From an uncultured Eubacteriales bacterium (GTDB lineage Bacteria; Bacillota; Clostridia; Oscillospirales; CAG-272): a stretch of 47,796 nucleotides of DNA. The stretch spans positions 1-47,796 of the forward strand of contig USGH01000001.1 of assembly GCA_900554225.1 (NCBI GenBank). The letters are read 5' to 3'. The notes under the pieces are model-generated. The model did no database searches and was not told the DNA's origin. It worked only from the letters and a program-made list of their open reading frames with translations. Shown in pieces: positions 7,374 to 15,989 of this stretch (its first letter is position 1; each line of letters starts with the position of its first letter). Both the position numbers and the translations under genes were made by a program.

Positions 7374-9989
7374 TCAGTGCTGATGCTTGATCAGACCGCA
7401 GGCCTTGGAAAATTCCATGACGGCAAGCGGCGCGAGGATCAGTGCCAGTCCGATGCAGTATGCCTGCCACGGGAGAAGTACCAGTCCGAATGCCACGCCG
7501 ATCGGGGTAAAGAGAACGAGGCATACAAGAAGGATCGACAGGAGGGCTGCGCTGTTCAGCTTCCTGTTCGTGAACACGCCGATCTTGAACAGCGAATGCT
7601 CCGAGCGCATATTGTACGCCTGGATCACCTGCGACAGCGCGAGCACCATGAAGGCAAGCGTCTGACCGGCAGCGAGCGTTCCGCCATAGGCTTCACCGAT
7701 CATAAACGCGGCGAGAGAAAGCGCACCGAACATAAATCCCTGCAAGACGATCCGCAGCCCGAAGCCGTGCGCGAACATACTCTCCGATTTCGGCCGCGGC
7801 TTTCTGTCCATGACATCCGCCTCCACCGCCTCCATACCGAGCGCGATCGCCGGGAGACTGTCCGTCACCAGGTTGATCCAGAGTAGCTGCATGGAGAGCA
7901 GAGGCGTTTTGTGCCACAGCATCATCGCGGTGAATACCGTCAGTACCTCGCCGATATTCGTACCGAGCAGATACCCAACGACCTTGCGGATGTTGGCGTA
8001 GATGCCGCGCCCTTCCCGTACCGCATCGACGATCGTTGCAAAATTGTCGTCCGTCAGCGTCATATCGGCGGCTCCCTTGGCGACGTCTGTACCCGTAATG
8101 CCCATCGCGCATCCGATATCGGCAGCCTTGAGCGCAGGCGCGTCATTGACACCGTCGCCGGTCATCGATACCACCTGTCCCTTCCGCTGCCATGCCTTGA
8201 CGATGCGGATTTTGTTTTCCGGCGATACACGGGCGTAGACGGCGATATGCTCCACGGCACCGTCAAGCTCCGTATCCGTCATCGCGTCCAGCTCCGCGCC
8301 GGTGATGGCACGGTCGTTCTCGGTCAGAATCCCAAGCTCCCGGGCAATTGCGGAGGCTGTCACCACATGGTCGCCTGTGATCATCACCGGCTTGATCCCG
8401 GCGCGGCGGCATACGGCAACCGCTTCCTTTGCTTCCGGACGGGGCGGATCGATCATGCCGACCAGACCCGCAAATGTCAGACCGGATTCCAGCGATGCGG
8501 AGGTGACCTCGGTCGGGATCTCGTCGATCACCTTATATCCAATGGCGAGCACCCGCAGTGCGTCCGCACTCATCTCCTCCGTGATTCTGGCGGCTTTGTC
8601 GAGATTGCCGGCGACGCAGCGTTTCGCCATCACGTCAAAGGCACCCTTGACGATCACGACGTTTTTGTCGTCCATCCGGCAGACCACGCTCATGAGCTTC
8701 CGGTCGGAGTCAAACGGCAGCTCCGCAAGACGGGGATAGAGACGGCTCAATTCCTCCTTCGGCATACCGTTTTTGTGCGCGGCGAGAACGATTGCGGTCT
8801 CTGTCGGGTCGCCGATGTGCGTCTCCTCTGTCCCGTGGAAGGTCACGGAGCCGTCGCAGCACAGACAGCCCATGCGCAGCAGATTCCGGACCCGTTCGTC
8901 CGATTCTGTCGTGACCGCTTCCGGTGCGTCGTCGCCGTCCACGAAGGTTTTCACAAGGGTCATGCGGTTCTGCGTCAGCGTGCCGGTTTTGTCCGAGCAG
9001 ATGATGGATGCGCTGCCGAGAGTCTCCACTGCGGGCAGACGGCGGATCAGCGCGTTTTTCTGCACCATCCGCTGTACGCCGATGGAAAGCACGATCGTGA
9101 CGATCACGGGCAGTCCCTCCGGAATCGCGGATACGGCAAGGGATACGGCGGTCATGAAGATCTCCAGCGGCGGGATGTCGTTCACCAGTCCGACCACGAA
9201 GATCACGGCACAAGCGACCAGAGCCAGCGCGCCGAGATATTTCCCGAGTTGCGCGAGCTTTTCCTGCAAGGGGGTCTGTGTGTCGGATTCGTCGGCGAGC
9301 AGATTGGCGATCCTGCCCATTTCGGTGTCCATTCCGGTTGCGGTGACCACGGCGACAGCGGTGCCATACGTGATGCTGCATCCGGAGAAGAGCATATTCG
9401 ACCGATCTCCAAGCGGTGCCTTCTCCTCAACCTCGGTATCCGCGTCCTTATCCGAGGGTACGGATTCGCCGGTCAGCGCGGATTCCTCACTTTTCAGCCG
9501 GACCGCGTGCAGGATTCGTGCGTCTGCCGGGATGAAATCGCCCGCTTCCAGCCGTAGAATATCGCCCGGGACCAGATTTGCCGCGTCGATGACGATCTCT
9601 TTCCCGTCCCGGAGCACTCTCGCGTGCGGTGCGGACATATTCTTCAGTGCGTCCAGGGCTTTTTCTGCCTTGCTTTCCTGCATCATGCCCATGACGGCGT
9701 TGCAGACCACGATGGCGAGAATGAGCGCGGGTTCAAAAAAGCCCTTGGGATCTCCCTCCGCGCAGGCGACCACGAACGATACGATGGCAGCGGCGATGAG
9801 GATGAGGATCATGGCGTCCTTGAACTGTTCGAGAAAGCGCTGCAGGTTCGTTTTTTTCTTTTTCTCACGGAGCTTGTTTTGCCCGTATTTTGTCAGGCGG
9901 TTCGCTGCTTCCGCGGACGAAAGACCCGTCGTCGGATCGGTTTGCAGCGCGGCTATGACATCCTCTCTGGATGATGCGTGATAGAGCAT
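7374..9989 (-). CDS. Cation-translocating P-type ATPase, type IIA (Ca2+-ATPase, SERCA/PMCA-like)
   Basis: Motifs DKTGTLT, TGDGVNDAPALK, the TM4 motif AIPEGLP and a TM6 NLVTDSLPAIALG motif typical of Ca2+ pumps. 871 aa. Confidence 0.9.
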   Translation of the reverse strand: MLYHASSREDVIAALQTDPTTGLSSAEAANRLTKYGQNKLREKKKKTNLQRFLEQFKDAMILILIAAAIVSFVVACAEGDPKGFFEPALILAIVVCNAVMGMMQESKAEKALDALKNMSAPHARVLRDGKEIVIDAANLVPGDILRLEAGDFIPADARILHAVRLKSEESALTGESVPSDKDADTEVEEKAPLGDRSNMLFSGCSITYGTAVAVVTATGMDTEMGRIANLLADESDTQTPLQEKLAQLGKYLGALALVACAVIFVVGLVNDIPPLEIFMTAVSLAVSAIPEGLPVIVTIVLSIGVQRMVQKNALIRRLPAVETLGSASIICSDKTGTLTQNRMTLVKTFVDGDDAPEAVTTESDERVRNLLRMGCLCCDGSVTFHGTEETHIGDPTETAIVLAAHKNGMPKEELSRLYPRLAELPFDSDRKLMSVVCRMDDKNVVIVKGAFDVMAKRCVAGNLDKAARITEEMSADALRVLAIGYKVIDEIPTEVTSASLESGLTFAGLVGMIDPPRPEAKEAVAVCRRAGIKPVMITGDHVVTASAIARELGILTENDRAITGAELDAMTDTELDGAVEHIAVYARVSPENKIRIVKAWQRKGQVVSMTGDGVNDAPALKAADIGCAMGITGTDVAKGAADMTLTDDNFATIVDAVREGRGIYANIRKVVGYLLGTNIGEVLTVFTAMMLWHKTPLLSMQLLWINLVTDSLPAIALGMEAVEADVMDRKPRPKSESMFAHGFGLRIVLQGFMFGALSLAAFMIGEAYGGTLAAGQTLAFMVLALSQVIQAYNMRSEHSLFKIGVFTNRKLNSAALLSILLVCLVLFTPIGVAFGLVLLPWQAYCIGLALILAPLAVMEFSKACGLIKHQH

Positions 9990-10163
9990 ACGTTTTTCCT
10001 CCCAAAATAGAATCGAATCTTATTTTCTGCCGATAGTATACCATATTTACAGCCGTTATTCCATAGGCAATCGCGGTTTTCTGTGTGTTTTTCAGGCATA
10101 TCCGGCTTTTTGATGGACAATACAACGCAAAACGCGGTCAACTGAATGCGGATTTGGGGAAAG

Positions 10164-10201
10164 AATGGCGAAAGATCGTGCAGTACGGATTTTTCGCCAT
10201 T
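10164..10201 (-). terminator. Hairpin / weak intrinsic terminator after mntP
   Basis: 10-bp stem AATGGCGAAA/TTTCGCCATT, 6 nt after the mntP stop. The trailing U-run is poor (CUUUCCCC). Confidence 0.4.
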
Positions 10202-10206
10202 GCGTA

Positions 10207-10782
10207 TCAAAAATTGAGAATGCCGAGATGTTCGAGTAAGATCTTCAGTCCGATGAGGATGAGGATCGCGCCGCCGACAAATTCCGCCTTTGCCTTGTAG
10301 CGCAGACCGAAAACGTTGCCGACCTTCAGACCGATCGCGGAGAGGACAAACGTGATGGAGCCGATAAAACATACCGCGGCGACAATGTTGACGTTCGGTA
10401 AAAGCGCGAACGTGATGCCGACTGCCAGTGCGTCGATGCTGGTGGCAAGCGCGAGCAGCAGCATGGTCAGGAACGAGAACGAATCGTTGACCTTGTCCTC
10501 CTCCTTCGACAGTGCCTCGCGGATCATGCTGGCACCGATGAGGGAGAGCAGCACAAAGGCAACCCAGTGATCCACGGCGGTGATGTACTGTTCAAAGGTG
10601 GAGCCGAGCAGATAACCGATCGTCGGCATGAGTGCCTGGAAGCCGCCGAACCACAGTCCGATGATGAGATAATGGCGCAGCCGCAGCTTTTTGGTGGACA
10701 GCCCCTTGCAGATGGATACGGCGAACGCGTCCATGGACAGTCCGACCGCGATGAGGAATAGCTCCAATGGTGATAATCCCAT
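10207..10782 (-). CDS. mntP: Manganese efflux pump MntP
   Basis: [28 protein letters not shown] with duplicated DUF204 halves, about 191 aa. GGAGG RBS before this ATG, and a Mn2+ riboswitch directly upstream. Start re-picked from the track ORF. Confidence 0.9.
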   Translation of the reverse strand: MGLSPLELFLIAVGLSMDAFAVSICKGLSTKKLRLRHYLIIGLWFGGFQALMPTIGYLLGSTFEQYITAVDHWVAFVLLSLIGASMIREALSKEEDKVNDSFSFLTMLLLALATSIDALAVGITFALLPNVNIVAAVCFIGSITFVLSAIGLKVGNVFGLRYKAKAEFVGGAILILIGLKILLEHLGILNF

Positions 10783-10836
10783 AGATACCTCCGAATGGTG
10801 TATGCCGGAATGGGGGTGTGGGGTGGGGAAGCGTAT

Positions 10837-11006
10837 AAAAAAAGACGGAAGCACGCTGCCCGGAACCATTCCCGCCGGCATATCGTACTTGCGTCTCGGT
10901 TATTTAAGACAAGCCAGACACAGAAAACCGTGTCAGGATGTTGACTTGCCACGCGATCGCCCCGGATACGATCCGGCTCGGGCATTCGCGCAATCTACTC
11001 CCGCAA
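10837..11006 (-). promoter_or_regulatory. yybP-ykoY Mn2+ riboswitch (aptamer about 10888..11006) plus terminator expression platform (10837..10876)
   Basis: The minus strand reads UUGCGGGAGUAG ... GGCAAGUCAACAUCCUGACACGG ... GAGACGCAAG. This matches the conserved GGGGAGUAG and GUCAACAU/GAGAC cores with P1 closure UUGCG/CGCAA. It is followed by hairpin GGCGGGA-(19 nt)-UUCCGUC plus U7. Located ahead of mntP, the classic context. Confidence 0.85.
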
Positions 11007-11015
11007 ATTTCCTTG

Positions 11016-11044
11016 ATTATACCACATAGACCGCCGTTTGTCAA
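11016..11044 (-). promoter_or_regulatory. Consensus sigma-A promoter (TTGACA-17-TATAAT) driving the Mn2+ riboswitch/mntP
   Basis: Minus strand: cccTTGACAaacggcggtctatgtggTATAATcaagg. The predicted TSS lies a few nt before the riboswitch P1. Confidence 0.7.
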
Positions 11045-11209
11045 GGGAAAAACGAAAGAAAAATCCATGTGCTGTAGGGTTGCCATGGATGTGCGCGGGA
11101 AAAATCGGAAAGGCAAACGGACGATGTGCCTGCGTTCTGCCGGAATCGAATCACCAGTCCCCCTCCAACAGACAGGGATAAAAAATTCTGACTTTTTTGA
11201 AAAAAGCTA

Positions 11210-11238
11210 TTGCAATTTCCGCGCGAACGTGGTATAAT
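11210..11238 (+). promoter_or_regulatory. Sigma-A promoter (TTGCAA-17-TATAAT, TGG-extended) for tRNA-Val(CAC)
   Basis: TTGCAAtttccgcgcgaacgtggTATAAT, 13 nt upstream of the tRNA 5' end. Confidence 0.7.
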
Positions 11239-11251
11239 ACCCATATCGCAC

Positions 11252-11325
11252 GGAGGCATAGCTCAGCTGGTTAGAGCGTTCGGTTCACATCCGAGAGGTC
11301 TTGGGTTCGAGTCCCCATGTCTCCA
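11252..11325 (+). tRNA. tRNA-Val (anticodon CAC)
   Basis: Hand-folded cloverleaf: acceptor GGAGGCA/TGTCTCC (one G-U), D-arm GCTC-AGCTGGTTA-GAGC, anticodon arm TTCGG-TTCACAT-CCGAG, T-arm TTGGG-TTCGAGT-CCCCA (one U-C mismatch), discriminator A. No encoded CCA. It has its own promoter and terminator. Confidence 0.8.
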
Positions 11326-11326
11326 T

Positions 11327-11357
11327 AAGGCACATCATACACGGTGTGCCTTTTTTG
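11327..11357 (+). terminator. Intrinsic terminator after tRNA-Val(CAC)
   Basis: AAGGCACA-(10 nt)-TGTGCCTT followed by TTTT. Confidence 0.75.
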
Positions 11358-11413
11358 CTGCTATGGTGGATTCATGGGTGGTTGTCCCTGCTATTTATCG
11401 CGGTGCGGTATCG

Positions 11414-11842
11414 TTATGCCATCACCCATGCACCATCTGCTGCCAGGTCCTCATTCAAATCCGCGAGTACGTCTCCCTTGACGCCGATATATTTTGCATC
11501 AAAGGGTACACCGGCGGCGGACTGCGGGTATACGCCTGCGGTATGATCGACGAAATACGTGTCAAAGCCGGAGGAGAGAATTTCCTCGGTGGACATTTTC
11601 CGGGTGAGCTGGTGTAAGATCGCGGCGATCATTTCCTGGTGTCCGATCTCCTCTGTACCGACGTCGGTCAGGATCCCGGCAACCTCTCCGTAGGGCATGG
11701 CGTACCGCTGGTTCAGATACCGGGTCGCCGCGCCCATCTCGCCATCCGGGCCGCCGAGCTGCGATACGATGATTTTCGCCAGCTGCGGGTTCGGATTTTT
11801 GATCTGCACCGGGTATTGGAGCATTTTCTGATAGATCCACAT
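11414..11842 (-). CDS. cotJC: Spore coat protein CotJC / Mn-catalase family, C-terminally truncated (142 aa)
   Basis: MWIYQKMLQYPVQIKNPNPQLAKIIVSQLGGPDGEMGAATRYLNQRY ... TEEIGHQEMI is collinear with CotJC as I recall it. Similarity stops at ...ADLNEDLAAD, then 6 unrelated codons and a stop. The distal ExxH metal-ligand region is absent in all frames. Confidence 0.8.
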   Translation of the reverse strand: MWIYQKMLQYPVQIKNPNPQLAKIIVSQLGGPDGEMGAATRYLNQRYAMPYGEVAGILTDVGTEEIGHQEMIAAILHQLTRKMSTEEILSSGFDTYFVDHTAGVYPQSAAGVPFDAKYIGVKGDVLADLNEDLAADGAWVMA

Positions 11843-11858
11843 AGTCTCTGTATCCTTT

Positions 11859-11897
11859 CATCCGACAAGCCGGGGGCACCGTGCCGTCGGATTTTTT
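11859..11897 (+). terminator. Strong hairpin plus T7 in the cotJB-cotJC spacer, oriented as a plus-strand (antisense) intrinsic terminator
   Basis: ATCCGAC-aagccgg-GGCA-ccg-TGCC-GTCGGAT followed by TTTTTTT on the plus strand. On the minus (mRNA) strand it is a hairpin about 20 nt upstream of the cotJC start. Confidence 0.45.
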
Positions 11898-11968
11898 TGC
11901 GTAGAGAAGTCCCTGCCGCCCCTCCGTCCGTTGTGTGTGGCGCTGTCACAGGACCTCTCCCGGTTCCT

Positions 11969-12253
11969 TTAGCGACAGCCCTCCGCGCTATATTCCCACG
12001 GCCAGGGAGTGTCTACCCATTTCCAGTGTTCGCCGCAATCCTGTCCGTAGTAGGTCACAGGACCGTATTTCGCCTCATACTGCGCCGTCACCTCGGCAAG
12101 GCGCGCGTTGTTTTTGCGGAAATAGGAAAGGGCGGCACGGCAGTTCGGATGGGTATCGAGATACAGCGCGGTCTCCTGTAGGACAAAGGCGTATTGCTGC
12201 ATCATGCGGTATAACCGCTTCTGTTCGTTTCTGTCGTTTGCGCTGGTATTCAT
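11969..12253 (-). CDS. cotJB: Spore coat protein CotJB
   Basis: YAFVLQETALYLDTHPNCRAALSYF ... YGPVTYYG ... WKWVDTPWPWE matches the CotJB family signature. Start re-picked at MNTSAND: it has a GGGAGG RBS and ATGA overlap with the cotJA stop. Confidence 0.85.
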   Translation of the reverse strand: MNTSANDRNEQKRLYRMMQQYAFVLQETALYLDTHPNCRAALSYFRKNNARLAEVTAQYEAKYGPVTYYGQDCGEHWKWVDTPWPWEYSAEGCR

Positions 12254-12678
12254 CGTACAGCCTCCCTTCCGCATCCGCGATCACAGGCGGCGGGGTACCA
12301 CGGATAGTTGAGTGCCGGGAATAGAGTGCCGTGCGACAGGGCTTCCTCCGGTGTATACGTCTCCTGCCATTCCTGCTCCGGCGAATAGACCATCGCAAGC
12401 GGGAAGCCACGCAGCGGTGCCACGTTTTTCTGCTCGTTCACACAGCCGTTTGTGCCGCATTCCCCCTTTTGCCGGTTCGGGGATGCAGTCATAGGCGGAT
12501 TCTGCCCCAGTGTACGCTCCATGGAAGGTTGGTTCCTGTCCGGTGCGCGTCTGCTATTTGCGGATTCCGGCACGTTCTGTCTGACACAGCCGCAGGGGGT
12601 ACCGGAGCTGGTATCGGCAAGCATCCGATAAAACGCCGTGTCGTCCGTGCGTGCGGGATTGTTATTTCTGTATTCCAT
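12250..12678 (-). CDS. cotJA: Spore coat-associated protein CotJA (with long N-terminal extension)
   Basis: The C-terminal block PLAMVYSPEQEWQETYTPEEALSHGTLFPALNYPW is the CotJA family motif. First gene of the cotJABC arrangement. Confidence 0.75.
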   Translation of the reverse strand: MEYRNNNPARTDDTAFYRMLADTSSGTPCGCVRQNVPESANSRRAPDRNQPSMERTLGQNPPMTASPNRQKGECGTNGCVNEQKNVAPLRGFPLAMVYSPEQEWQETYTPEEALSHGTLFPALNYPWYPAACDRGCGREAVR

Positions 12679-12912
12679 ACTGTTTACAGTCCTCCAAAGC
12701 GAGAGAGATGGTTCGTCATAAGAGCGGCTCTCGTCACTCTCGATGGCAGTATATGCGCCACCCTTGCCGAATGACAGCGCAATTTGTCAATTTGCGGGTG
12801 ATTTGTGATCGGTCGAATTTTGGAGGGGATTTCGCGTGCAGCTATTGACAAGCCGTCGTCTGTGCGGTACTCTGTTGCTGTAGAGACAAACGAAGGGGAG
12901 GGGATATCATCC

Positions 12913-13371
12913 ATGGGAAAGCTGCGGACATTCTTTCGCACGGTGCGGGATACCGGGGGAGAAAACGCGCCTGCGGTATTCTTTTTCGCGTTCTACATCG
13001 GTATGTGCGTCCTTGCCTGTCTCAGCCGTGCGCATCGGATCGTCTGGCTGCTTGTTTCCGTCTGCGGGATCGGGGGTCTTTTGTTGTGGAGCCGCAGCCG
13101 CCGGGAATGGGGACGTGAGCGGTTCATTGCGTTTCTGATCTGTGCCTCGTGCGCGGCATCCGGCGTATTTTCCCTTGTGTACCATGATCTGTACCGCGCG
13201 TCCTATCGGAAAATGATCGGCGAAACGCGTACCGGATATGGCGTGGTCACGGAGGTATGCGGTGTGGAGGTGTATGGCGGCACCTATCTGGTCCGGTTTC
13301 ATGACGACGCGCGGAAGCTGCCGTATACCGTTGTCCTCACCACCACATCCGAGCAGAGCTATTCCCGTTGA
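12913..13371 (+). CDS. comEC: ComEC/Rec2 N-terminal fragment (TM plus DUF4131/OB-like region), ended by an in-frame TGA
   Basis: GGGGAGGGG RBS before the ATG at 12913. N-terminal TM helices, then an OB-like segment (GYGVVTEVCGVEVYGGTYLVRF). Stop TGA at 13369..13371 is in the same frame as the next ORF. Confidence 0.7.
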   Translation: MGKLRTFFRTVRDTGGENAPAVFFFAFYIGMCVLACLSRAHRIVWLLVSVCGIGGLLLWSRSRREWGRERFIAFLICASCAASGVFSLVYHDLYRASYRKMIGETRTGYGVVTEVCGVEVYGGTYLVRFHDDARKLPYTVVLTTTSEQSYSR

Positions 13372-13395
13372 CAGAGGCTCCGCGGCAGCATCACG

Positions 13396-15192
13396 TTGCA
13401 CGATACCTTTGACGCGGAACGGTATTACGGCGCAGACGGTGCGGTGCTTGCCTGCGAAAGCGCGGACTGTGTGCCGGATGGGATGGCGTATTCGCCGATG
13501 CTTCTGCTCCAGAAGTGGAACGCCACCCTCTCCGCCCATCTTTCTGCCCATATCCGGGATGGCGGACTGGCGGCAGCGGTGTTTCTCGGCGATCGAAGCG
13601 GGCTGGCCGACACGACAAAGCTCTGGTTCCGACGGGCGGGGATCTATCATCTTCTTGCCGTAAGCGGAACCCATCTCGGCATTCTGGTCACACTGACGGA
13701 GTATGTGCTGACCCGGAGGCTCCGCCGCAAACCCAAACAGCGCAGGCTCTTTCTCATGCTCCTGTGCGCGGCATATATGGCGTTGACGGGATTCCCCGCG
13801 TCCGTCAAGCGATCCGGGCTCATGTACATCGCCGCACAGCTCTTCCGTATGCACAATTCGGATCTCCGCGCCACCTATGCCCTGTCTCTTTCCGCGGTTG
13901 TGATCGTCCTTTGCAAGCCGTGCGCCGTCTGGGATGTTGGCTTGCAGCTGTCGGTATGTGCCGTTGCCGGATGCCATACATTTCTTTCCCTCCTCAGCCA
14001 TCGAAAAAAGCTCTATCGGATCCTTGCCGGAAAGCGCGCTGTGACCAAATGGGGCAGACGGCTGCGCAAGCTCCGGTTCTCCGTGACCTCCTCCGTTCTG
14101 ATGACGGCAATCGTCACAGCGATTCTTCTGCCGCTCTCCTTCTTTTATTTCGGGGAGGTCTCGCTTGCCGGCTTCTTTATGAATCTCCTTTATATTCCTG
14201 CGATCACCGTGGAGCTGAGTCTCGTCATCGTATATCTTGCGCTCTATCCGCTGCGGATTTTGATCCTGCCGCTTGCCGCCGTACTTGAGGGATATGCGAA
14301 GCTCCTGCTGCTGCCTGCCGCGTGGGTCGCCGGAATCCGCGGGATCTGCCTGTCGCTGCGGTATCCGGGACTGTGGCTCTGGCTGCTTGCCGTGATGGTC
14401 ATGACCCTTCTCCTGCCGTATCCGAAGCGGCGCAGACTGTATCTCACGGGATACGCGGCGGTTCTTGCGCTGCTGTGCTGTCACATTGCGCTATGTTGTG
14501 CCGTGATCGCACGGGAGGATGTGGTGGTGTATACCTCGGTCGGCAAGCGGGATGGATTTGTGGTGCAGAGCGCGGGGCGCGTATACCTCATCGATGTGTC
14601 CGACGGCGCGTATACCTTCACCAAAAAGCTGACCGCGGCGGCACGGGATCGATATGCCGTGGAGATCGAGGGATACTGCCTGACCCACTACCACAAACGC
14701 CATTTGGCCTCGTTCCAGAAGCTGTGCGGCAATTCTATCGTGTATGGACTGTACCTGCCGGAACCCCAAACGGACGCGGAATGGTCGGTGTACCGGAGCC
14801 TCGTCACGGAAGCGGAAAAGCGCGGCATTCCGGTGACGGTGGAGGATACAGTGCTGTTTGGCAGGATCACGGTACAGACGGCACCGCGCACGTATCTGAA
14901 GCGCAGCAGCCATCCGATTACCGCGGTGCGATTTGCGAAGGACGGGAGTGCCATCGCCTATGGTTCATCGTCGTGGAATGAGGGAGAGACGTGTATCGCG
15001 GACTGGTTTGCCGCAGCGGACGTACTCTTTTTCGGCGCGCATTCCCCGGTCTACAAAAAGCCGTTTGCCGTAGTACGGGAGAAAGAGCCGACGGTCGTCG
15101 TCTGGAACGGAGATGCCGCAGCCTTCGGGGAGGAGATCCCGGCAGGATACACGGCATACGACAGGGAGCAGACCATGGTGCGGATGCAGTAA
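13396..15192 (+). CDS. comEC: ComEC/Rec2 competence-channel plus metallo-beta-lactamase part (continues the 12913 frame after one TGA)
   Basis: Competence domain (FRRAGIYHLLAVSGTHLGILV), many TM helices, and a C-terminal MBL-like region (YCLTHYHKRHLASF). The track start is a TTG 8 codons after the TGA, in the same frame as the upstream fragment. Confidence 0.8.
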   Translation: MHDTFDAERYYGADGAVLACESADCVPDGMAYSPMLLLQKWNATLSAHLSAHIRDGGLAAAVFLGDRSGLADTTKLWFRRAGIYHLLAVSGTHLGILVTLTEYVLTRRLRRKPKQRRLFLMLLCAAYMALTGFPASVKRSGLMYIAAQLFRMHNSDLRATYALSLSAVVIVLCKPCAVWDVGLQLSVCAVAGCHTFLSLLSHRKKLYRILAGKRAVTKWGRRLRKLRFSVTSSVLMTAIVTAILLPLSFFYFGEVSLAGFFMNLLYIPAITVELSLVIVYLALYPLRILILPLAAVLEGYAKLLLLPAAWVAGIRGICLSLRYPGLWLWLLAVMVMTLLLPYPKRRRLYLTGYAAVLALLCCHIALCCAVIAREDVVVYTSVGKRDGFVVQSAGRVYLIDVSDGAYTFTKKLTAAARDRYAVEIEGYCLTHYHKRHLASFQKLCGNSIVYGLYLPEPQTDAEWSVYRSLVTEAEKRGIPVTVEDTVLFGRITVQTAPRTYLKRSSHPITAVRFAKDGSAIAYGSSSWNEGETCIADWFAAADVLFFGAHSPVYKKPFAVVREKEPTVVVWNGDAAAFGEEIPAGYTAYDREQTMVRMQ

Positions 15193-15217
15193 CGCGCTCT
15201 CCGGCATGGATTCCATA

Positions 15218-15264
15218 CAAAAAACGCGGTATCCCACAGCGTACCTGGGGTACCGCGTATTTTA
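15218..15264. terminator. Bidirectional intrinsic terminator between convergent comEC and the DUF1294 gene
   Basis: aaaaaACGCGGTA-(19 nt with inner CCCA/TGGG)-TACCGCGTatttt. Confidence 0.65.
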
Positions 15265-15558
15265 TATACGCCACAGCGCACAGATTGCCGCAAGGTGCAA
15301 TAGCGTGAACAGCGGCAGGGTCAGCATGAATTTCGCGTGACGGGTCTTGTGGCGGATCACAAGCATGGTAAGAAGCATCACAGGTGCGCCGCCCACCGCG
15401 CCGATTGCGAGAAGCCACGCCTCCGGGATCCGCCAGCGACGGGATCCGGCTCTGCGCTTGTCCGAGATCGTACACCACAGGGCGAGGATGCTCCAGAGCC
15501 CGTACCAGACAAAGGCGACACACCGGAGCAGGTCGGCGTATGGATGGAGCGGGTTCAT
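15262..15558 (-). CDS. DUF1294 domain membrane protein
   Basis: [46 protein letters not shown] is the typical DUF1294 core. Start re-picked at MNPLHP (RBS GGAGG/GGAGA, ATGA overlap with the rnhA stop). Confidence 0.75.
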   Translation of the reverse strand: MNPLHPYADLLRCVAFVWYGLWSILALWCTISDKRRAGSRRWRIPEAWLLAIGAVGGAPVMLLTMLVIRHKTRHAKFMLTLPLFTLLHLAAICALWRI

Positions 15559-15989
15559 CGATATTTCTCCGCCTCCGCCTGTGCCATTGTGTCGCACCGC
15601 TCGTTGTACGGGTGACCGGCATGACCCTTGACCCAGCAGAACGTTACCGTATGCTTTTCACAGAGCGAGAGGAGCGCGTCCCACAGATCGGGATTCAGTG
15701 CCGCAGAGCCGTCCCCCTTTTTCCAGCCGCGCTTTTTCCACGCTTTCGCCCAGCCCTTGCCCATCCCGTCACAGACATACCGCGAATCCGAGATCAGCGT
15801 CACGGAGCATGGCTCCCGCAGTGCCTCCAGTGCGCGGATCACGGCAGTCAATTCCATCCGATTGTTTGTGGTATCCGCCTCTCCGCCGCACAGCTCCTTT
15901 TCCTTTCCTTTATATACAAGGATCGCGCCCCATCCGCCCGGACCGGGGTTTTTCTTGCACGATCCGTCCGTGTAGATATCCACTGCCTT
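15555..15989 (-). CDS. rnhA: Ribonuclease HI
   Basis: [22 protein letters not shown] ... [15 protein letters not shown] ... SDSRYV ... [14 protein letters not shown], carrying the DEDD catalytic pattern. Start re-picked at MKAVDIY with a GGAGGAAAG RBS. Confidence 0.9.
   Translation of the reverse strand, partial: KAVDIYTDGSCKKNPGPGGWGAILVYKGKEKELCGGEADTTNNRMELTAVIRALEALREPCSVTLISDSRYVCDGMGKGWAKAWKKRGWKKGDGSAALNPDLWDALLSLCEKHTVTFCWVKGHAGHPYNERCDTMAQAEAEKYR

Noticed and set aside
13369-13371. The idea that the in-frame TGA in comEC reflects a reassigned genetic code (TGA as Trp or Gly) or selenocysteine.
   Set aside because: Several well-defined genes in the window terminate exactly at TGA (cotJA, rnhA, mutY, the GRE activase). 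All other long conserved ORFs are intact under the standard code. Nothing resembling a SECIS hairpin follows the codon.
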